In this document: in pieces, positions 36,467 through 50,412 of the stretch
How the letters are laid out: the number at the start of each line of letters is the position of its first letter
Numbering within the stretch: position 1 is the stretch's first letter
NCBI RefSeq assembly: GCF_006345805.1
Contig: NC_043009.1
Coordinates: 64,418,001-64,482,000 of the forward strand
Direction of reading: 5' to 3'
DNA length: 64,000 bases
Origin: Octopus sinensis
Lineage: Eukaryota
The notes under the pieces: model-generated
The model's database searches: none
What the model saw: only the letters and a program-made list of their open reading frames with translations
Told to the model about the DNA's origin: nothing
Made by a program: the position numbers and the translations under genes

Positions 36467-38129
36467 TTTCGTGTAACTATATATCTCAAGATGCACACAC
36501 ACATATATACATACATACAAACATATATGTGTGTGTGTGTATGAGTGTGTGTGTGTTTGTGTGTACCCATATATATGTAGGTGGGTCTATGAATAGGAGT
36601 CAAGGTTAGCTACTGAACGACTGGTATAGTGAACGACTTGACAGTTCTATGACAGGTACTCAAAAGTAACCGGATACTTTCTCTGAGCGAAAAGCCTGTT
36701 GTAGATCGGGTTTCCGCCGCTAGAAGCAACTTCATGCGACCCTCAGGCATCGGTCTGCTGACCGGTGTTGTCGCTCGGGGTCATATATTAGAACTGAATA
36801 ATTTGTACGACATAGCTCTCACCCTTTTTACACCCTCTTCTCAATTCCTTAGAAAAAAAAATAGGACTTTGCTGTAGATTAACCTATAGATTTTTGCTAA
36901 GATAAATGAAATATTCATTATTTGAGAGTTAAGAAAAATAATGTAGAAAGACAAAACTTTTATTAAGAATAATTCTCGTTCATCCTCAAGAGTTGACCTG
37001 TCATAAATGGCAATGTTTGACATATATATATTGAACACTGTTTATACTTCATCTCAGTAGGTGTTACTTTAAAAATATCTATTATAATGCTAATGCTATA
37101 CTCATAATTATTAGCATTTTACCGTGTGAACTCACTTTACTCTTTACTCTCTTTTACTTGTTTCAGTCATTTGACTGCGGCCATGCTGGAGCACCGCCTT
37201 TAATCGAGCAACTCGACCCCGAGACTTATTCTTTGTAAGCCCAGTACTTATTCTATCGGTTTCTTTTGCCGAACCGCTAAGTAACGGGGACATAAACACA
37301 CCAGCATCGGTTGTCAAGCAATGCTAGGGGGACAAACACAGACACACAAACACACACACATACATATATACGACAGGCTTCTTTCAGTTTCCGTCTACCA
37401 AATCCACTCACAAGGCATTGGTCGGCCCGAGGCTATAGTAGAAGACACTTGCCCGAGGTGCCACGCAGTGGGACTGAACCCGGAACCGTGTGGTTCGTAA
37501 GCAAGCTACTTACCACACAGCCACTCCTGCGTCTACACAGCCACAACCTCTTTTTAAAATATTTTCCATATGCTGTTATTGGAGAAAAATTAATAATAAA
37601 AGATATGCTTCATGGTGGTAATTAAATCTGGTGAACTCTTCCCTCACCCCTTTCTAGCTCTATGCCACGCTCTCACCTGTTATCCTTGGAATACACTGCA
37701 CATTTCCTCTTTCGCGTGATTATTGAATCCTTCCCTTACCTGTGCTTCTACCTAACCAAGGATTATTTCCTTTAGATACCTAGCCTTGCTTAACCTCAGT
37801 TGTTGTGCCTGCTTTTATGTCTCAAAACAAAATGCAATTTATTTTAGTCTGTCAAACACCTTTTTTTTTTTTCGTTTCTACACACAACCATCTTTGTGCT
37901 TCCACAAGTGTTTGCTTAAAAATGCATCAACTTTTTGTTTCAAAGATTGGAAAAATGTGTACAAATGTTGACCATCAGTAAGCTATAAAATGATGAACCA
38001 TTTAAGATTTGCTGTTCCTTATTTTTCTTTTTACTATTTCTCTTCTTTATTATTGGTTTTCTGAGATTGAATGATTTCAAAATGGCAGTGCATCGTACAC
38101 TTTGCTTTGATACCAGTGTTGTTTGGGGT

Positions 38130-38938
38130 TTTTGGTTTGTTTTGTTTATTTTTTCATAAAGGTGATAGAAATAGTCATATTTAATCATCTTTATCTTTGC
38201 AAAATAACTGATATTATTGGTGCGACTCTGTTTTGCAGTGCTTCACCCATGTCCATCGATTTTTGTGATGGCTGAAACGAAGGAAAAGTGTGCTCCGTGA
38301 AATTCTATTTTCTACCGGAGAAAACGGCAGCCGAAACAGTTGTCATGTTTCAAACAGCTTACAAGGCCGCTGCCATGAACAAGACACAAGTTCACGACTT
38401 AGGAATGTTAACTTCTTGCTTGAGGACCAACCTTGTTCAAGGTGACCATCGGCCTCCCGAACAAATGAAAACATCACGAAAATTCATGAACTGATCTTCG
38501 AGGACCATCGCCGAACTACTGACGAGATCGATATGGCTGGTGTGTCCTGGAGCTCCTGCCAACGAATTTTGAGTGAGAAATTACCAATGAAAAGATCTAC
38601 AGCAAAATTTGTGCCTCGCTTGCCCACAAAATCAATCACGACTGAATGAGTGTCATGAACTGAAAGAATAGTTTATAAGTTGATCCGGAAGTTTTTTCGA
38701 AGGTCTTCACTAGTGACGGAAGCTAGTGTTACGGAATTTGCCGATGTGGAAAAGGTGAAGAAAAAAACGACGGAGGCGTTAAAAAGCATCACTTCGAAAG
38801 AGTTCCAGCACTTCTTCAAAACAGTGGAAAACGCGCGTAGACTGATGCTTCAAATAGTGAATACTTTGACGGAGATAAAAATATAAATGGAGTATAATAC
38901 TATTGCAAAATTCCGGTTTCTTTTGGGTACCTCTTGTA
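38130..38938 (+). mobile_element. Internally deleted, degenerate mariner
   Basis: CSVKFYFLPEKTAAETVVMFQTAY (mariner HTH), FADVEKVKKKTTEALKSI (C-terminus), and a right TIR-like end aaaattccggtttcttttgggtacctcttgta. Confidence 0.75.
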
Positions 38939-39271
38939 CATGATATTGTCTATATGTCAGTGGGAACATGGTAATGTTTATTCGTACGTCTGCACACGGC
39001 ACATGTGGATGTGTGCATATGTTCATACATGACTTCTGCAAACACAAACTGATAAGACGAATGGTAGATTCTATGGCACAACCTGTCCTGGATACATGAA
39101 GTTTTTGCTTCTGTTTTTGTCTTTATGTTTTATAGATGTGTGTATGCCATACATACACACACGTGAAAGTGTGTTTATATGTGTATTCACTTTCGTACAC
39201 GCACATACTAACGCGCACATATGCACATACACACAGGTGCATGCATACGCATATAAATATATATATAAGTG

Positions 39272-40125
39272 ATTTGATCAATAAGTATCCGGACTGTTAT
39301 CATAGTAACGAAGTTAAAGCAACCAAAGGGAAGCCACTTGGCACAGATTGACCTTAAACTCTGCTGAGCATGCACACTAAGTCACAACATTCTAGCTCCC
39401 TTCCGTTGTCTACAGCAGTGCTTAGAGGGAAGGTGTGTAGCGTGTGATCGCCGCATTGAAAATGACAGAGAATGTTGAGCAGAGAATCTGCATCAAATTT
39501 TGCCAAAAGCTTGGCAATACCTGCTCAGAGGTCTACGCAAAGATTTCAAAAGGTTTTCATCGTTCTCAACACAATCGAGGAGATCTTGTGCAACTGAAAC
39601 CCAACTGTCTTTTTGATCAGCTGAAAGCAGTTTTATCACAAACTTGGCAGACACGCATCTCATACCCAAATCTTCAGCAATATTGGACTGAACAGAATCG
39701 TAATTAATCTGCACATCTTCTGATAACTCACGGATGGTGATTCAACAATTTCCCCTCACAGCTGCACGCACATCTGAAATGGTTTCCTCAGTTCTGCTGG
39801 TTGCGGGTCTCCCATAACGTTCGTCACTATCGACATTTTTCAGCCATCTTGGAAACGCCTGACCCATTCGTACACTTGAGTGCGGCTCATACACTCCTCT
39901 CCATACACTTTCTGTAGGCCTCTAAGCATGTATCGCCATAACAAGTTTCTCTGTAATGATCAATACAACGATCACACGTTACACACGTTCCTTCCAAGCA
40001 CTGCTGTAAACAACGGAAGTGAGCTAGAACGATAAAACTTAATGCGCATACACAGCAGCGTTCAATGTCAATCTGTGCCAATCAGTCTGCTTGCTTTGGC
40101 TTCGTTACTTTGATCAGACTTCGTA
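39272..40125. mobile_element. Fold-back made of two mariner 5' halves in opposite orientation
   Basis: The plus arm encodes EQRICIKFCQKLGNTCSE. The minus arm has the homologous leader ttggcacagattgac... and continues into the HTH. The junction is near 39545. Confidence 0.75.
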
Positions 40126-40172
40126 TATACCTACATACATACATGCATACATATATATATATATATATATGA

Positions 40173-40221
<49 letters not shown>

Positions 40222-40547
40222 ATGATCACGTGACCGACCAGACCATCAGATGTTGTTACACATCGCTGGTCACAATGCGTTCGCATTGTTTTAGCCTTCG
40301 AATGACGCCACCCCGCTGGCTAAGCGAGCAGGCCAACAGAAGAAAGAGTAGGAGAAAGAGTGGTGAAAGAGTACAGCAGGGATCACCAGCCCCCCATGCC
40401 GGAGACTCGTGGAGCTTTTAGGTGTTTTTGCTCAATAAACAATCACAACACCCGGTCTGGGAATCGAAACCGCGATCCTATGACCGCGAGTCCGCTTCCC
40501 TAACCACTGGGCCATTGCGCCTCCACTATATATATATATATATATAT

Positions 40548-40738
<191 letters not shown>

Positions 40739-40769
40739 GTGTGTGTGTGTGTGTGTGTGTGTTTGTTTA

Positions 40770-40812
40770 AAATGCCGACGAGCGGGAACGTGGAACTCTG
40801 AGTAACAGCTTT
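40770..40812 (+). ncRNA. Degenerate hammerhead-like motif, same family as 883-929
   Basis: CCGACGA GCG ggaa CGT GGAA CTC T GAG TA / acag; GAAA is mutated to GGAA. Confidence 0.45.
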
Positions 40813-40922
40813 TATGATATTTTCGCTGATTTTTAATAAACCACATTACTCTACCACTGGTATTTGAGTACTATTTTCTTCCATTTATGTGATTTCTCTG
40901 GTGTGTATGTATATATATATAT

Positions 40923-40995
<73 letters not shown>

Positions 40996-41000
40996 ATATA

Positions 41001-41037
<37 letters not shown>

Positions 41038-41115
41038 ATTATTATATCATTATTATCATCATTATTATTATTATATATATATTATATTATATATATATAT
41101 TATATATATTATATA

Positions 41116-41168
<53 letters not shown>

Positions 41169-41268
41169 TATTATTATTATTATTATATAGAGGGCATTAT
41201 TACACATAAATGCCACGACTGAATATATATATAGGAGAGGATCTGAATTCTAATAAAGAAGCAAAATA

Positions 41269-41905
41269 ATGACTGAATATATAAACAAGCGCCTGTCCAA
41301 CAGTGATTGCATCATCCATACTCTCAACAATGCGCCCTTAAATATGGTTTCTGATTACAAATATCTTGGGTCATACATATCATCATCTGGAAAAGATTTT
41401 CTAACTAGAAAGGGTATGGCCTGGTCAGCCTGTAATGACATGCATAAGATCTGGTCATCAAATCTAAGTAGAGGCTTCAAACTTGAAATCTTCAAAGCCA
41501 CAGTCGAACCAATTCTACTATATGGCTCAGAAACGTTATCAAAGAAGCTTGAGAGGCGGTTGGATGGAACCTACACTCGCCTCCTTATGAGAGCTCAAAA
41601 TCTCTCGTGGAAGCGCCATCCAACCAAAATGGGGAAACTACCACCTGTGTCATCTCTTGTGAAAGGTAGGAGAGTCCAGTTTGCTGGACATTGTTGTAGA
41701 GCTGAAAACGAGGTAATTTCTACTCTTCTCCTCTGGAAGCCATCTACTCGCAATACCAGAGGGCGCACACTATCCTACCCTGATGTAATCTCTAAGGATA
41801 CAGGCATCCAGCAACAGGACCTCCGTAATGCCATGATGGACCGTGAAGTCTGGCGTAGCATGGTAAATTCCATTGTCTCGACCACGGTCGAACAATGATG
41901 ATGAT
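41269..41905 (+). mobile_element. 5'-truncated RTE-clade LINE (RT C-terminus, open ORF of 209 aa) with (TGA)n tail
   Basis: YKYLGSYIS, EPILLYGSET, RRVQFAGH, DREVWR motifs; the stop is followed by tgatgatga. Confidence 0.9.
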
Positions 41906-41926
41906 ATATTTATGTATGTATGTATG

Positions 41927-41958
<32 letters not shown>

Positions 41959-42263
41959 TGTATGTATGTATGTATGCATGTATGTATTATAAGCGTGTAT
42001 ATATATGTTATTTCGTCGGCACTTATCAGAAACAATATACTGGCGTATTTATGTATATTATAATTCCAACAAACTAATTAAATTTCATGCTAAAGAGAAG
42101 ATACGTGACATGGCTTAACTCAAGTTTGTTATCAGTTACACCAGATTACTGAGATTGAAAGCTTAATTCTGTCTGAAGGACGTTACACGGACTATTCATA
42201 AGTGCATCTACACTTATTTACATGCATACATATATGAATATACACATATACATGATTGTATAT

Positions 42264-42302
<39 letters not shown>

Positions 42303-42504
42303 CATATATGTGTTATGTAAGTATATGTGTATATATTTATACACGCGCGCGCGCAAATATATTTGTGTATGTGTGTATATATATTTATATATATGTGTTT
42401 ATATATTTATATATATATGTGTGTATGTGCGTGCGTGTGTGTGTGTGTTTGTGTGTTTCTGTGTGTGTGTTATGTGTTTGTATGTTTGTGTGTGTGTGTG
42501 TGTC

Positions 42505-43800
42505 TAGTGGATTCAGTGAGAAGATCTATTATACAAGGAATGCATTGTTTAAAAATAAATTGGGCAGACTTTTCCTTAATTTAGCAGAATTAATCATTGA
42601 CACCCCTTCTGTGAATGATCCTCCGGAACATCAGGTTCGCCACGGATATCGAAGATATCGTAATTCCTTTAATTATAATTTTGTAAGGAACCCAATAGCT
42701 AACAGGCAGATTAGGAATAATTCCTCAAGAAAACGGGAAATCATATGGTTTATCCCTTCTTTTCCCTTCAAGTCAGAAATCGCTCCAAGTTATTGTTTTA
42801 GATTGTTGAAAAAAACGTCCCCTAAGGTCATAAATATCATCCCTTTTTTGTTAGGTCGAGTCTAAAATTATTGTATTCGACTATCCCTAACTTAGGTTCT
42901 GTAATCGCGGCGAATAATAAGTTTAAGCGTAGAAATAATATTATTGACAGAGACTCTAATATAGCTGGCCGCAGGACGGATAAGAATATTGAAATAAAAA
43001 AAAAAACAAAGGCGAAATCTGTAAATAAAACCCGTAATTGTCGTTCCTGGGATTCATGTCCATTAAAGGGTTTTTGTTTGAGGAGAAACGTTGGGTATAA
43101 ATGTGAGGTTATGACCCTTAATGAATCCAACAATTTATATATATATAGGGAACACAATAGATTTTAAGACTAAATATAGGGGACATTCGTTTATAAATTA
43201 GGACACGAAAAATCCAACTGCACTAGCCATTTATATTCAAAATGCGAAACAAAGAATATAGACTTAATTGGTCGATTATCTCTGAAACTACTTCATACAA
43301 CACACATTCAAGAATATGCAAATTGTGCACAAAAGAATCAATTGACATACTTCGTACCAAAAAAAAACCCAAAAAACTATTACTTAATAAGATGTTTTGA
43401 TTTTCTATAGACTTATATATTTCTCAACTTTAAAATTTTTCTCTCCAAAAATGGTCAGATTGTATATTATTTTAACCTTCAACCCTTATTATATTTGGGA
43501 CTCATCACCGCTAAGTGTTTTGCTAAGTGTTTCGCAGATTTAAACACTAAAATTCAGTATTTATTTTATTTCACGCCCCAATTTTTAAACATATTAAAAA
43601 AAATTTAATCTTTTAAATCTTAAGGAATCTCTGAATAAAGAAATGTGGATAACTGAGATGGATGGAAATGGTTTGCCCATTTCATACCACATGTTCATGA
43701 AACGGCCGTAAGAATTTGAAATTTCACTGGATCATTTTGAACCATCCACTCATCCATTTGTAATTTGGATTAATCCAATATAGACAGTGCATGTATAATA
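42505..43800 (+). mobile_element. Degenerate Naiad-type PLE 3' half (thumb, linker, GIY-YIG, 3' UTR)
   Basis: SGFSEKI, RKREIIWFIP, YSTIPNLGSVIAANN, NCR...CPLKGFC, YI(Y)IG motifs with frameshifts. Confidence 0.8.
43624..43717 (+). ncRNA. Degenerate type I hammerhead-like motif in a PLE 3' UTR
   Basis: aatct CTGAATA ..ATGTGG...CCACAT.. GAAAC GGCC GTA / agaatt. Stem III is the ACGGCCGU palindrome; the core has G8U. Confidence 0.4.
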
Positions 43801-44162
43801 GTTTTCTCATTGATTCCAACCACGGACATATAATTTCATACGATCTCATGCGGGTATATTTATGTTTTATATTTTATATTGTGTCAACATGTATATATAT
43901 TTACGTATATTTTATGAAGCATTCCGATGTTGAGAAATATATTGACGAATTGAATTCTGACGCCTGCAATTTGTTCTCTTGTTATTAATTTTTATATTTC
44001 ATGTTGCTCTATTAATTAGAGCGCTAATTTGTTGTCTTGTGCAGGGAGTTATTCACCGAGGTCGACTTTGCCTTTCATCCTTTCGGGGTCGATAAATTGT
44101 CTATCCTTGTTTGTCCCCTCTGTGTTTAGCTCCTTTTGGGTAGTCAAGAAATATAAATATAT

Positions 44163-44221
<59 letters not shown>

Positions 44222-44289
44222 ATATATATATATAATATATATTATATATATTTATATGTATGTATTTATATTTATACTTATATATATAT

Positions 44290-44320
<31 letters not shown>

Positions 44321-44564
44321 ATATATATCTATATATATATATATATATTATATATATATATTTATATTTATACATCTATATATTCAAATTTATATATATT
44401 TATATATATTTAAATTTATATATATGTATATATTTATATATATATATATATATATGTATGTATATATATATGTATATATACATACATACATATATATATT
44501 TATATATGTATACATACATACTTACATACATACACACACACACATATATATATATTTATATATA

Positions 44565-47062
44565 TATCGCTGGAGTATATAAAAAAACAAAAGACGAAGA
44601 CGGGTGTTAAAACAACAAACAGATGTATTAGTTTAACGCTCGGGAAGTGAGAAAGTCTTTTACGTTTCGAGTCTACGCTCTTCAACAGAATGGAACAAAA
44701 AATAAGCAGAGAGAGAGAACATAAAAAAAGGTGGCTCGCAAAAAAAGTGGCTTGCGATCAACCATGGAGAATGCCGGACAGAGGTGGTCAGACAGGGGGA
44801 GCTAGAAAGGGGAGATAAAAAAGTAATGGTGATCCCAAACGAAGGTGTGCGTGCTTGTGTATGTGAGAGCGTGTATGTGCATGTGGATAGAGGCTGGTGA
44901 TCTTGACGTGTGCGTGTGTGCATGTGTAGGTGTGTGAATGATGGTGTGGGTGCTGGGAACTGGTCAGTGCTAGTGTGTGCGGAGTGGTGTGATGTGTTGT
45001 GGTGTGTTGTGGTTGTGTTGCGGGAGGCAATGGGGGAGGAGAAGCAAGGGTGGGGGGTTGAGTGAGGGTGGGGTGGGATATGTGGGAGTAGGATGTGTGG
45101 GATGGGACGGGGTGGAATGGGATGTATAGGGATGGTGGGTGGAAATGTGTAGGGGTGGGATAACGATGGACGGGTGACGATGAAAGGAGTGGGTGGAATG
45201 GAAAAGGTGGATAGGAGTGAAGAGAGGAAGTAGTTGTCAGAGTAAGAGAGGAGAGAGAAGAGAGGAGGGGGTTAGATGAAGATGAGAGTCCGAATGGCCC
45301 CTGTGCAAGGACAATCCGAACATAGACAGGTGTTGTAGAGAATGAGCGGTAGACCGGAAATGTCGCGATATTGGGGTGTCTTTGCCGAGTCTGATGTCTC
45401 GGAGGTGTTCCGCGAACCGGTCAGCCAAGCGGCGTTCCGTTTGAGCGATGTACAGAGAAGGACAGAAAGAGCAGGAGAGGCATTAAGTGACGTTTCTAGG
45501 AGTGCAGGTGAAGGATTCAGTGATGTAATAGGGACGATGATGGGTGCCTGTGACGATGGAGAAGTATGGGGCAACGGATGGTGGTGTTGGAGAGGTAAGA
45601 GCAGGGGAACGAGACAGGATGGGAGGTTGGATTAGGGAAGAAACTGTGGACCAGGAGATCACGTAGGTTGTAGGTTCGTTTGAAGGAGGGGAGGAGTCGG
45701 TTAGGGAAGATGTGCGAAGTGGAGGGTCGGACTGGAGTCACTGGAAGGCTCGGACAACGGTGCGTTGGAGAGGTAGGGTGGAGGGGTGGTAGATGAGGGG
45801 AAACGGGAGACGGGTGACGGCAGGGCGGGTACAGGGGCAGAGAGCAGATGTACGGTCCATGGAACGTGCTCTGGCAAGGGCGGTGTGGACACTGGTAGAA
45901 TGAAGTGGCGAGCCATGAGTTCAGACAGAATCTCAAAGTCATGGCTGTCACTGCAGAGCCTGCGCAGACAGAGGAATTGGGAATAGGGGACGGAAAGCGT
46001 GGTGTGTTTATGGTGGAAGGAGGAGAAGTTAAGGTATGAGTGTGAGTCTGGGTGTATGTAGTGGATGGAGGTGGTGAGAGTGGAGTGATGAATGCTGACT
46101 GAAATGTCGAGAAAGGCAACGGAAGTGTTGGAAATAGTGAAGGAGAAGTGGAGGGCAGGATGGAAAGATTGGAGAAAAGAGAGGAAGGAGTCTAGTTGTT
46201 CGCAGGAGAGTGAAGTAACACCCATTTAGTCGTCAATATAACGACCATATAGTTCGGGAGTGGGACCAGTGAAACTTGAGAATATTTGGGCCTCAACGTA
46301 GCCAACGAACAGTTTCGCATAGTTGGGGCCCATTCTTGTTCCCATGGCCACTCCCGAGACTGCTTGTAAAAATCGCTCGCGAACGAGAAGCAGTTAAGGG
46401 AGAGAACTAGTTCGGCCAGACGAAGAAGTGTGGATGTGTCAGGTTGGGGGTTGGATCCAGGTTAGGGGGTGGATCGGAGCTCAAGGTAGTGTTGGAGTGC
46501 ACGAAGACCCTTGTGGTGAGGGATCACAGTGTATAGGTTCTTGATGTCAAGAGTGAAGAGAAGTTTAGAGGAGCCAGAAGGGAAGGAGAAAGAGATGAAC
46601 AGACGAAGAGCATGGTTGATGTCATGGATGTGAGAGGGGAAGGAAGCCACTAGAGGGGCGAGGACACGGTCAGGATGTCTGGAGATGAGTTCGGTAGGGA
46701 AGTTGCAGGCGGAGACGATGGGGCGGCCAGGATTGTAAGGTTTGTGGATTTGGGAGAAGAAGTTAATTGTGAGGGTGCAAGGGATGCGTACAGCGAGGTT
46801 GGAGGCGGTGGAGGAAACGGGAGGAGGAAATGACAAATGACATTATTCATAGTGGAGGACATCGTCTGTTGGTAGCTGGGCGTGGGGCTGGAGGACAGAG
46901 GGCAGTAGAAGGAGGTGTCTTGAAGTTGGCGGAGAGCTTCGGCTTTGTAGAGGTCTGCGTGCCACATCACCATGGCTCCACCCTAGTCAGTTGGTTTTAT
47001 GATGATGTCTTTGCGGCGTCGGAGACATCGAAGGGCCGAGAGTATGGCTGGGGAGATGTTCA
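44565..47062 (-). mobile_element. 5'-truncated GC-rich PLE (YIDD type) with RT, GIY-YIG, CA-rich 3' UTR and terminal hammerhead
   Basis: Motifs IIKPTD*GG, IHKPYNPGRPIVS, LFTLDIKNLYTVIPH, GTRMGPNYA, GRYIDD, VAFLDI, LADRFAEHL, with stops and frameshifts. Confidence 0.9.
44656..44693 (-). ncRNA. Minimal hammerhead-like motif, core CUGUUGA, at PLE terminus
   Basis: att CTGTTGA a GAG cgtaga CTC GAAA CG TA / aaaga; stem I is partly eroded. Confidence 0.6.
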
Positions 47063-47125
<63 letters not shown>

Positions 47126-48897
47126 CTCCGTCGGTTACGACGATGAGAGTCCCAGCTGATACGATCAACGGAACACCCTGCTCGTGAATTTAACGTGCAA
47201 GTGACTGAGCAATCCACAGACACGAGTACCCTTAACGTAGTTCTCAGGGAGATTCAGTGTAACACAGTGTGTGATAAGGCTGGCCCTTTGAAATACAAGT
47301 ACTACTCATTTTTGCCAGCTGAGTGGACTGGAGCAACGTGAAATAAAATGTCTTGCTCAAGGACACAACGCGTCACCTGGAATCGAACTCACGACCTTAC
47401 AATCGTGAGCCGAATGTCCTAAACACTAAGCCACGCGCTTATATATATATATATATATAAATACATAATTATTTGCAGGAACCAATACAATCAAGGTATT
47501 TTATAAGGGCAGTAAGGTGGGGTCAAGAACAACATATCCGTGCATCAACAGTAGATGTGGACACTCACGTACATACGAATGTATACACAAACAACTTGCT
47601 CTGTTACTTAAATATACGTGAACATAGACAGATCAATATACACATGGATATAAGTAACCATTATAAGGCGGCGAGCTGAGAGAAACGTTAGCACGCCAGG
47701 CGAAATGCTTTGAGGTATTTCGTCTGTCTTTACGTTTTGAGTTCAAATTCAGCCGAGGTCGACTTTGCCTTTCATCCTTTCGGGGTCGATAAATTAAGTA
47801 CCAGTTGCGTATTGGGATCAATCTAATCGACTGGGTCCCTTCCCCAAAATTTCGGGCCTTGAGTCTAGAATAGAAAAGAATATAAGTACCCATTTATATA
47901 TAAAACCACACAGAGTCATACTCCGGCATATAGTTCACTGTATGCTCCAGATCCAACGAAAAACGGTACAGACTTTTGTTGCAACCTAACTTATCAATCG
48001 ATTCCGGGATTAATCTCACGGATTATTCAACTTCAGTAGAGAATGCAAAGAGGGGAAGATCCGTGGGATTAACCCTGAAATTGATTCAATATAGAGATAA
48101 CAAATTAAAAAAAAACAGAATTCTGTTGGCTTGCCTTCCTCGATTTCAGCACGGCGTGTATTCATGGTGAATGTATATTCTAAAGACTCCGCCGGTTACG
48201 ACGACGAGGGTCCCAGCTGATACGATCAACGGAACAGCTTGCTCGTGAAATTAACGTGCAAATGGCTGAGCATTCCACAGACACGTGTACCCTTAACGTA
48301 GTTCTCGGGGATAATCAGCGTGACACAGAGAGTGACAAGGCTGACCCTTTGAAATACAAGTACAACTCATTTTTGCCAGCTGAGTGGACTGGAGCAACGT
48401 GAAATAAAGTGTCTTGCTCAAGGACACAACGCGTCGCCGGGAATCGAACTCACAACCTTACGATCATGAGCCGAATGCCCTAACCACTAAGCCACGCGCC
48501 CTCACTATGAATGTATATTATAATGTGGTGATTGACGATTTAAAGTCAATTCCCAGTATATTGGCAGAGAAATCTTTTTTCTTTTGCCCTTGTTTATAAT
48601 TGTTCATATATATATATATTCACGCATATATAGAGAGAGCGTAGTCGAAATTTATTAAATAACACAATACATACATACATGCATACATACATACATACAT
48701 ACATACATACATACATACATACATACATACATACATACATACATGCATGCATGCATACATACATAATACATACATACATACATACATACATGCATGTACA
48801 TAATACATACATACATACATACGTACATACATACATATATGTATATAGATATATACATATATATATGTATATATATATATATGTATATATATATGTA

Positions 48898-48977
<80 letters not shown>

Positions 48978-49294
48978 TGTTTTGTGTATTCATTCTTGTA
49001 CAAAGTGGGATGACACTCTGATCTAACGAAGGACTTATTCAAAACAAATACTGACCTGAAGAGATACGTTTTACACCCTTGATGGACGGTAGTAATTACA
49101 CAAGATGTTAATGATATCTCACCAATATACTTTGAGTGTGACGGTGTGGAAACTATTGCAGTGACACCCGAATGAAGGATGTCCTTTAATTCTCATTCTT
49201 TTCATTATATAAACTCTACCGACACTGTACAGTTCCAGATATTATATCAAGGGATAGCAGACAGGGCTTTGTATAGCATATAACAAGGGGTTTT

Positions 49295-50005
49295 CTTATA
49301 TTTTAGGAGTGATTGTTGATAACAATCTCAGTTGGAGTGCCCATATCAACAATAATGTCAATATAGTTCGTAGGATGAGCTCCTGGATCCTAAGAGCCTT
49401 CCGGTCCAAAGGACAAGATGTCATCATTCCACTTTTCTTTTCCTTTGTATGGCCACATCTCGAATGCTGTGGTCTTCCTATACGAAATACAACATCTCGA
49501 AAATTGAATCACCCCAGAGGACATTCACTAAATTAATTAAGGGCATGACTGATCTCGATTACTGGGACCGCCTTAAAGCATTCATATTCTACTCTCTCCA
49601 GCGCCGCCGCGAGCGATACGCCATTTGCACGATGTGGAGAATATACCGCCAGCATTACCTAAACGACCTCAATATTAGCTTTAAAATTCATTCAAGGCTA
49701 GGACCATGGGTCATACGCCCCCTATCCAATTCAGGATCACATGTAAATACACTGCAACACAATTTCTGTTCCTCAACAGGCCCTGCCCTATTTAACATTG
49801 TCCCAAAACAGATCAAAGCTGAAAAGGATCCCATCAACTTTGAACGGAATCTGGACAAATTTCCTCAAGGAATACCAGATAACCCACCTGTACCTGCATA
49901 CAACTCACCCAACGAAAAGTCCCTACTCGAATGGACCACGATACCACAAAACTAAAGTTGAAAAGGACTTAGATAATCCTATCAGGATCTTTGGTGGAAA
50001 CATAT
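49295..50005 (+). mobile_element. CR1/L2-group LINE 3' part
   Basis: LGVIVDNNLSWSAHI, KIESPQRTFTKLI, YSLQRRRERY, GPALFNIVP; frameshifted. Confidence 0.85.
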
Positions 50006-50076
50006 ATAACGAAGTTTATATATATATATTATATATATATATATATATAGATAGATAGATATAGATATAGATAGAT

Positions 50077-50235
<159 letters not shown>

Positions 50236-50366
50236 CGAAGGCGGCTATACGCAATATAAAACCAAAGAGGAAAAATTCAGTTGTTACTAATTGTAAGTGA
50301 GGGTGCAGGTCAGCATATGTTCATGTACTGGCAAGGGGGGATAACCGCCGTAGAGCGAACGAGATT

Positions 50367-50412
50367 ACTATGCTAGTGAAGTTTCGCTTGAAATGACAAG
50401 CTCATTAGTAAT
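50367..50412 (-). ncRNA. Degenerate hammerhead-like motif between two diverged direct repeats
   Basis: atta CTAATGA GCTTG tcattt CAAGC GAAA CT tcact AG CA / tagt. Stem II is a perfect 5 bp; two core substitutions (G5A, U16.1C). Confidence 0.4.
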
